A stretch of DNA of 64,000 bases from Penicillus capitatus. Its lineage: Eukaryota > Plantae > Chlorophyta. Below are positions 55,553 through 64,000 of this stretch, piece by piece. The notes below the pieces were generated by a model. The model had not been told where the DNA came from. It ran no database searches and saw nothing but the letters and a program-made list of their open reading frames with translations. The position numbers were made by a program, and so were the translations under genes. The stretch spans positions 682,001 through 746,000 of the forward strand of contig OZ287695.1 in assembly GCA_965649825.1 (NCBI GenBank). The letters are read 5' to 3'. Position 1 is the stretch's first letter. Every line of letters starts with the position of its first letter.

Positions 55553-58500
55553 TGATCGTTCCTTGGTCTCCGGGATCACGCTCGGTAGAAGTTGTTTTGA
55601 ATAAGCCAGTCGCTTTTCGATGCGATCGGACGTCGACACGGGCTTGTTGCAAAACGGTCAAGAGTAGAGTATTCAAGACACTCGTCTCTGCGTTGTCGCT
55701 GCGAAACAAGGCAGCGCGGACAATAGAGTGAGACGAGACAGCCTTGATTATTGAGTGGCCAGATAGTCGCAAACGAGATGATCACGAAGTCATGCGGATC
55801 TCGGTTATCACACACGTGATAAGACACACGTGAGATATCGGACGAGAAGCGACAGTTTCAACAACACGGCGACACCGTGTTACAAAATAAAAATGAAGTT
55901 CCCTCTCTGATCGTTTCCTTCTTCTGACAAACCTGCAGCACAATGGCAACAAGGTCTTCCCTCCAATACGTTTCGAACGCAGGGCGGATTCGACGAATCC
56001 ATACCGTGTACACTCCGCTGGCCATATCAAGAAAGACCGTCCAATAAAACTCTTGCCACGAGCGATCGTACGTGGCTCGTCTTGTAGCACCTTGGCAGTC
56101 GTCAGGCGTTGTCCACTTAGCGCTCTGCTCTCAAGCAATACCTCGCGCGAAAGGATGCGTGAATGGACACAAATCATTGATTAGTTAAAAGCGTTTTAAA
56201 ATGTCGCTGTCAACAAGGTGTGATGTCTACTCGGACAGTGTGAGAAAAGCGGTCCACGGAGGAAAGGATGTCCACCCCGCGACATGGTCTACAAAGGAAG
56301 GGTGAGAAGGTGTGAGTTCATGCAAAGAGACTTACGGTCAGCAGGCGACGCCTTGCAGTGCGGCGCGGGAGGTAACCCCGAACGAACACTGACACCAGAT
56401 CCGATCGAGGTGCGCGAGGAGAACGAGATGCACCTGGCAGTTGACTACTCGGGGGCATCGCGCGGCTCCCGATTCAACGGCGCGCTGCGCGGACATGCAG
56501 GTAGGGGGTCCGTCACATAAAAGAAGGAAAATAAGACCCAGAAAGCACCGAGAAACAACAGGAAAAGACAAATGCAATGAGGAAAACAAACAAAAACAGT
56601 CGAACAAGTACATGCAGACAGGTGAGGAGGAAAAGGAAAGTGAAAGATGAACGCAAACACACAGGAGACAGGTAAGCAGCAGACAGGAAGGAAGCAAGAA
56701 AGGACAGAAGGCAAGCAGGGAGAGACACAAGAGACACCCAGGAGGGAGAAGAGACGCAAAAAAGAAAGAAAAAACGGTCCTGGGTGTCCGAGAGTCGCAC
56801 TTACACCTTTTCGTCGCAGTGTACAACCGCCTACCTCATGTGCGCGACCAGGAAAGGCGGGCAGGTCGCCAAGGCCCTACCCGCTGGTGCCGCGAGGGAT
56901 AGTGCGACGCCGCCGCCGGCACCGTCGCCGCGGCGTGAGGAAGTGGTGTGCCATCTCAGCGGCGTGCTGACGAAGTGATCTCGGTCCATCGGATCTTGAG
57001 AACGTCTTGCTTGTCCGCACGCTCTGCCGGTCTGATATCTTCGATCTATAAGTCCATCTTAACTCACGTCTGGAGCAGATAAGGTGATCTTACTCTTCGT
57101 CTGTGGATTGGGAGGGTAATGTCATGGCTCTGTCGACAGCAGCAGTGGAGAGTGGAGCCATGATGCGATCTCATGTTCTTCGAGAAGGGGTCGAAGAGAT
57201 TGCTTGGTCCGTGGCGACTGCTCATAGGCTTCTGCGAGTTGCTCTCCACAGATCTCTATCTCTGGCAGCGTTGGAGTGCGAGATCCTGTCTTGGAGCATG
57301 TTGAAGAGGATCCAGAGATAAGTGCTCCAAACTGTGGAAGTCCATCTGCCTAGCCAAGTCCATCACTCCAGCTACATCCGCCTGCTACTGCACGCCATCA
57401 GCAGAGCACGCTCGATCTCATCTCTGCACAGACAACGAAACCGTTAAGACAGAACGAGTATCAATGAATAGACAAACCTGGTGATTGCTTTCCACAGTTC
57501 GAGGTTGTTGTTCCAAGGGAGGGGAACCAACCATATAGACTATGATACATCGTCTTCGTAGTCCAAAAGCAACGGGTATTCTTCGCAGCTGATGTGATGG
57601 ATCGACATTCCTTCTCTAGAGGTCCAGGCGCCAAGGAAGAAGTCCTGCCACAACAATCTGTGATTCCTTCGAAAGACCAGGAAAGTCGCTTCGATGACCC
57701 CCTCCTGCAAATGGAGAAATCTGGTCTTTCTGGTCGGATCTCCTTGAACGTACTTTTTTCCGCCTCGCTTTGATGTGGATTGCCGCAGGCAACAGGATCG
57801 ATTCTGAACAGCTACAACTTCAGAATGACGAAAGGCTTCCTCTTTTGGATGACGTCATGTCTTGAAGGAGGCCATCCAGTCTCAGGGCACCGAGTCGCTT
57901 GTCGTTGACGACATAGATCGGCTGACATCAGAAGGCGGCGTCTCCATGAACCTCACCAGCTGCTCGAGGCCTTTGTACAGTCTTCTTCGTCCTGGAGGGA
58001 CGTGTTCTTTAACTCCAGAGAAACGAGGTGCATTCTGATCGGACATCTTGGTCGTCCACATCGATACAAATGCACGGCAGTCGATTGGATGCATCGGTTT
58101 GGAGCACTTGTCCACTGCAGATCCTCAATCCGTCTTGTCTGCAGTGCAATCTCTGCATGGACTGGATCGCGTCGGTTTGGAAACCAGAACAGGACTTTCT
58201 GCAGAAGACCTGATGACGGATTCCCTGTTTCAATCGCCCCGACAGCGAAAGGCCTGTACTCCAGAGCAAGATCAGGTCTGGAAGCACGCTTCTTTGTCGC
58301 CATCAAGATTACTGGCCATTGCCGCTCCTTCTCTGATGTGCACCATTCGTGTCTCCTCCTTCTTGTTGACGCATCTGTATTTGGCATAGGCGATTTCCAT
58401 GCTGCTCGTTCATTGACTGAGCGGTATGAGCGCCAGATTTCCAATGAACGTCGAAGGGATGGAGCTTCACTTTGATTACTCCGGACTAGTGTCAAGCAGT

Positions 58501-61500
58501 TTCTTACTGCTGCCCCTTCGCGGACTGCACAGGAAAGAGGAATCAGATAGATGCGCAAGAATGAACGAACTGTGTGCATGATACCACTGGTAACCCAGAA
58601 CTGATCTTAGGTGTGTCCCCAGAGCGTGTCGTCTCAAGCCTTCCTCGTTGAGGCAACACCTAGAACAGCATACTCAACAGAGAAAAAGGCTCGTTCGATT
58701 GTACTTGTAAAGCACAAACACCCGAGGCTCATGGAAGGGCATGCTCGAACGATCAACTCTTCGTGAAGTGAGTGAATGCTCAGTTCTCACTCCGGTTTGG
58801 TCGTCAGATGCTTGTGGTTTGCCGAGAGAAGCTACCGCGATGTCGAGTTCAGGCAATATGTCATCTACTCGATCATCTCTGCCGGAGTGGGAATTCCAGG
58901 TGTTCTTCGAGCGAATGGCGATTTCATGTCTCTCATCCAGCACAGGACATGTCGTCGCAGTGAAATCTACAGCCATGCAAACTGCGAACACGAGAAGGGA
59001 TCTCGGCAGGTCAGCTCCATCGATGTGTTCATGCAGTCTCACCTTGAGTCCAAACCGTGTGTCGATACAAATCCGCTGATCCACCGTTGATCCGATAGGA
59101 GTGGTCGGCACAGATCACGAATCTCGGTCACTCTTCGTTCTGTTGCCTTGCTCGCCTTAGTCTCTTTCCAGGTATCCGGTGTGGAGTGACGAATCCTCAA
59201 GTTCTTGTCAGGCGGCATTCTCTCCACACTCTGACACTCCAATTAAGTGGTGGAGTTCATCTTCCAGTCCGCTGGCCTTCAATGTCGACTAGGAGGCATC
59301 CGTTTTCTGTCTGGCACATCGTGATCGCACGAGATCACGGGCACATGTTTGACATCGAAATGCTCATAGCGTTTCCACTGATGGCTGTGTCTGGAAACGC
59401 TCGCTGGACTTGAATTCTGTCGACTTCTCTCGGTAAGCCCAGAACTCCATGAACGATTTCCAGAGACTATTCCTGGTTGTGCCGGAAAGTCCCCATGTTT
59501 CTCCTCGCTTCAGTGGCGTGGACGGACGAACCTCTTATCTGCACGAAGATCTCGTCCTGTGTTTACTGACAACCTACGTCTCTCCAGAAGATCCTGTGGA
59601 TGTGCATTCACAATAGAAGTTGTTTCAGTGTCCTTACCGGCTGCATTGAGGATCGTGGCCATTCCGACCAGACTTCCTTGGTTGTGCGTTCGAGCCACCT
59701 CAGGTGCCCTTCATGTCGATGAGCGCAATGATGCTGGACGGAAACGGCTTCAAGGGGCGGAAGCGCTCCCACTCATAGAGGATACAGTTTCTGGGCAGAG
59801 GAGTGTCCATGTTATTGGAAAGAAGACTGCTCGATGTCCTCGGATGGACGACTTCTTGTATCGTGTCGATTCCTCGACCTGTTGGGACAACGATCTCCCG
59901 ATTCGCTTTTAGCACATCTCGGGCAAAATGGTCTTCTTTGCGATGCCCTAGACGAGCAAAGGATCGTTCAGACGATTCTGGCCAGGAATCTCGACTTCTT
60001 TACCTCTGCGGTCCAGCTGTTTGGTTGACTGAATCTCGTTATCCGAATGTCTTTCTCTTTGTCAATGACCTGAACTGGCGCTTTCCTGTCTGCACAGTGT
60101 GGACCATGATCGCTAGGAAAGCATGAAACTTCTTCTCTTCCTGTAAAGATTCAGTGGATGATTCCACACATCCGTCGCTTCGACAGTAAAGTGCTGCGTT
60201 GCTCCAGAACAGCGGTCAGTTGCAAACACTGTCTTTCTTCGATGTCGTTCAGACGTGAGGCTTGACACTATCTCATCGTGTTGTTGTGAGAGTCGGTGTA
60301 TTGTCTTGATCACACTTTTGCACTTGCCAGACGTGACTGATTCATCACTCTTCTTTTCGATGAACGGCGTACAATGGAGTGTGGACTCTTTAGAAACATT
60401 GAAGGGCCTCTCCTTCCCGATTAAACTCGACCAATGTCAAGCGGCTGTCTTTCTTAATCAGGACTAGAAGATCAAAGGAGTTCATAGTCAAATCAAGCAA
60501 AAAGTGTGACGAACCTTGCTTTTGCAGTTGGAAGATTCAGAACAGCATTTCCCGTATGCTGTCCTTACACTAATTCATTCCAGAGTTCGCCTTAAGAAAG
60601 AAAAAAACCTAGAATGAGGTGCTCAGCAGAGAAGAGGGTTTGACATGACAGTACTTCGAAAGCAGAGATGGCCAATTGTCCACGGAAGAGGATACTCAAA
60701 GCGCCCAATCTCTTACCAGTAATCGACCATTCGTGGTCTTGCTCTGTAAAGCAAAGCACGGACTGTTGTTCTCTCGATGGATGCCATTCAGAACGCCAGA
60801 TTCAAATCGGGTCCCGTCTGATCGACTCCTTTTGCGGAAGCTTGGCGAGGCGTTTGAACCTCATTGGCTGCTCTGCTTTCCACATCTCTCGGCCTATAAA
60901 GAGAGTGTCATCGTAGTGAGATCCACAGAGATGCAAACCATATGGCATTGAAGGAACAGTTTTAGAAATTTGCTTTGCTGTCATGCAGAAGTGTGATATC
61001 TTGATGCAACCATCCAATGTCTTGCATGATGTTCATCATTGCAGTCCTTGATCAGGCGGGTAAGAAGCAAGCAGACTTACCACGTGTGCGATATCCGCCA
61101 TGTCCAACTCTTATAGAATGAATCTCTAAGTTCGGCAGACTTGTTCTCTTTACTGAAATAGAAGAAGTAGCTTCGGACAGAACAGTAAACCAGCATCGTC
61201 CACAGTCAAAAAAGAAAACAGCTTAAGATCAAAGACAGCAAACACAGGCCAACCACAACAAAGCGAGAGTGGAAGGCAGAGCAGAAACAGCCAGATGGTC
61301 ACTTTTTTATTTTTTTTGTTTTTTGAAAAACAAAAAAAACCCGTAGGAACACAAGTCGACCACAACAAAGCGAGGGTGGTGACGGAGACTCAAAATTGAA
61401 ACAGCTGAGCAACTCAGACGTTTGTCAATCTCATACTTTTTAAAATGTGTGAGACGAAGAAAAGTTTTAATTTTTTTTAATTATTTGACAAGAAATCTCA

Positions 61501-61693
61501 CAGCCGAAAAAGTGAGATGTGTGAGAGTAAAACTATTTATTTTTTTTATTTTTTCCCCGACAATGGGTTAACCAAAAAACGCAGATAAGGCTGAAAACCT
61601 CTTAAGGTATGGGGGTCGCCAGCCAACAACAACCTAAAGCGAAACTAAAAACAAAAAATGGCAAAGAGTGTGAAAACTTACCACGTGCCAAGC

Positions 61694-62497
61694 TCAGACA
61701 GGAATGCAGTAAACGAAAACGCGTGGGGGGATTTTTGGATTACCGGATGAGGGAATGGAGTAGAGCTCTGGGCGAGGCTGGATCCGCGGTTGGTCATGGG
61801 AAATAGAGAAAACATGAGGTCGGTATGGGAAGGGTGGGCAGTTGATAGAAAAGAGACTTGGGCGGGACGGCAAAGATGGAGGGTTGGCGGGAACGGAGTA
61901 CTGGAAAAGGCGGGATGGGAAGGGAGGAGGGTTGGCGGGAATGGAGAATTGTTGTGGACGTGGGGGAAAAAATGAGGGAGAAAGAGGTGGAGAAGGACCA
62001 GGTGGAGGTGAGAGAGGGGACATGGTAACGGTCGGTTGCAGGGCGGGACAAGGAGAGCATTCCATGAAGCCAGGAGACATCGTTGGCAGTGAAAAAGGCG
62101 GCACTGCAGGCTGGGCTTGTCGCGATGGCGGACGCTGAGAGGGCGGAGGAGAAGGAGGAGCACGAGCCTGTGAGAACAAACCTTAAAGTGGGTATATAGT
62201 TAGATCGGATGCTTACCTCTTCGTTGACATCGGCGTCCATGTCAACAGCAGGATCTCCTCCCCTCTGGGCAGAGGAGAGGGCATTGCGTTTGGCTCGCCT
62301 TATTGTCCGAGCCTGTCCAGATCTGTCGTTGGATGGACCAGGCTCATCCGCGGGCTCCTCCTCTCCACTGCGTCTCTTATTATCGCCGTTGTGGGCCCGG
62401 ATGTCCCTATAAAGGCGTCGCCTCTGGTATGGCGCGAGGCCTTGAAACGCCCTTGGCGCGTCGGGCCCCATCACCTCTTCAAGGGCAAGGTCCATGA
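61694..62497 (-). CDS. Proline-rich repeat protein, copy 2 (at least two exons)
   Basis: MDLALEEVMGPDAPRAF...DVNEE, a phase-0 GT-AG intron near 62170-62215, then ARAPPSPPP...FSIPANPPPFPSR...YCIPV*. An upstream exon is possible. Confidence 0.65.
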
Positions 62498-63519
62498 AAC
62501 TGCAGCACACAAAGCTGGTGAGCATCCATAATAGCATCCAGTGCCTCGGCGAAGCAGTCATGCTGCAGGAGGCAAGTGAAGTAAACACAGGGAAATGGAA
62601 TTCGTATCGGAAAGTAGTATCGACAGTTGCATTTCGAGAGTCGCATGCGTTCGGATGACAGAGCCGCCTTATTCTTCATGGATGCATGGTCGTGGAAAAA
62701 CGTCCATGCAACCGGCGGAGACTCCGAGTTGCGTAACGCGTCGACGGGATGTTTGCAGAACTTACTTCCTCCCTGGGAATGTGTAGTCGTCATAGAAGAA
62801 CCCTCTGGCGTCGGCCATCTTCTAGAGCAGCGACGTTTACAGAAAAAGCAGCCGATGGGTTCAGAACGCGAATGCGCGACGGATATGAAGACAGGACTGT
62901 CAAATGCCGCGTCGGTTGCGGTTCGGCGGCTTGGCACGCGTTAGCGCTCTCCACGTCGGTTACTTCAGGATCGCATGAGCCAACGAACGGAGAAGCTGTC
63001 CGTCGGAGGGTCACAGTAACGCACATTCCTACTGCCAATCGAGCGAGGCGAGCGAGAGATGCATTTGAAGACTCTACATCGTTTACAGAAAAGTGTGTTT
63101 TTGTTTGTCCATAACATTTTCCTCGAGGAGTCACTCGCAGTGCATGCACCAACCAATTCGAAGCATGCAACGCAGAACAGTTGCTCATTAAGGTAACTGC
63201 GTTTAGCCGAAGGTTGAGAGGTAACAGAGTTCAGATAAAGTTCATGACGACGACATCCGTCCTGGGCGGCTCTGTGTTTGCCAGAGCTAAGCTAACAGAT
63301 CTGCACCTAAAGGAGAGATGATGAAAGAAGTCAGAAATTTGCAGACTTGGTGTTTGTAATGAGAGTGTGACTGCTCTATGAGATGTAATTGTCTTTGTGA
63401 GAGATTGGTGGATGGATCTGAAAGAGGTCACTGCCCTTAAAGCTCCTCGATAAGACATCCGGCGATCCTTGCTCGTTAACGAATGAGGCAACGCGTGTCT
63501 TTAGTGGTAGAAAGGCGGA

Positions 63520-64000
63520 TTCATCCATTTTTGGGCAACTGGAGTGCGCACAGACTCCATTCATAATTCTGATATCTCCAGATGTCCTTTCCATGCCGCT
63601 CCGTGCAGAGGCGTATCCAGCCATCTGTCTGTCGAACGCACTTCGGCTCCGTTGCCATGAAGCGTCGCTGCAAACAAGGAAGGCTTACTCTCATCTTGCT
63701 GACTGCTTTGTCTTTTGCAGAACAGGCCGTTCGAGTCTTTCCAATGACAACCTCCAACTCCCCATTCCAAGAGGCCTTTCAGCCAACGGGTCTTGCCCGA
63801 CGACTCTCGCGCGGAAGCAAACGCGTGGTTATTGACAAGCACCTGAAACAGCAACAATTCGACAGCGCTCAAGACACTTATCGTGGGGACCTTCTAGGAA
63901 CTAACAACACCAGAAACGCAGTTTGGTACGCTCGCTCGTATCAAAATGAAGGCTGAGAAGGGGAACCCAACTCGAGTGTCCTACCTGGGTCACTTCGGGT
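63520..64000 (-). pseudogene. Duplicated ankyrin pseudogene fragment (runs off the window)
   Basis: VLVNNHAFASARESSGKT and DTPLHGAAWKGHLEISEL*, with the same frameshift and stop as the 11760-12100 copy. Confidence 0.7.

Larger units (their letters stand above)
57193..64000 (+). repeat. Segmental duplication, copy 2 (empty LTR site near 61680)
   Basis: GAAGAGATTGCTTGGTCC at 57193 matches position 1. The site AAAACTTACCACGTGCC corresponds to AAACTTACA|TCTTGCC of copy 1. Confidence 0.93.

Noticed and set aside
56338-56826. Hydrophobic Leu/Phe/Cys-rich minus-strand ORFs
   Set aside because: Antisense of a purine-rich low-complexity tract; a compositional artefact.
61694-61708. C-terminal CIPV/CIPS as a CaaX prenylation signal
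   Set aside because: Pro at a2 is disfavoured, and the sequence is explained as the last [FY]CIP repeat unit.

Overview
Compact eukaryotic DNA, standard genetic code, with very short (mostly ~43-60 nt) spliceosomal introns. A green-algal origin is an inference from the SLT-type SLC13 transporter and the intron style; it is not proven. The window is a rapidly evolving, duplication-rich region. (1) An intact, very young Ty3/gypsy LTR retrotransposon lies at 4583-9852, with identical 340-bp LTRs, TTACA target-site duplications and a single gag-pol ORF. (2) It sits in one copy of a >=6.8-kb direct segmental duplication (1-12239 vs 57193-64000) whose second copy shows the empty site. (3) A multi-exon gene family joins a predicted signal peptide, an S1 (trypsin-fold) protease, ankyrin repeats encoded one repeat per ~99-nt phase-0 exon, and a conserved two-cysteine C-cap. 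Members are a trypsin-type copy, an Asn189 copy, a copy lacking the catalytic Ser, a protease-less copy, and two pseudogenes. (4) An intronless family of predicted Cys/Trp-rich surface proteins with C-terminal membrane segments has 4 intact members and 4 decayed or remnant copies. (5) Also present are a ubiquitin-fusion gene whose ubiquitin lacks K6/K11/K33/K48/K63, a BTB protein, an SLC13/TrkA-C transporter, a Pro-rich repeat protein, a decayed gypsy integrase and several unidentified decayed coding stretches. The best candidate for an undescribed system is the secreted protease-ankyrin family, possibly acting with the neighbouring Cys-rich membrane family. All gene models were spliced by eye and need RNA-seq confirmation.
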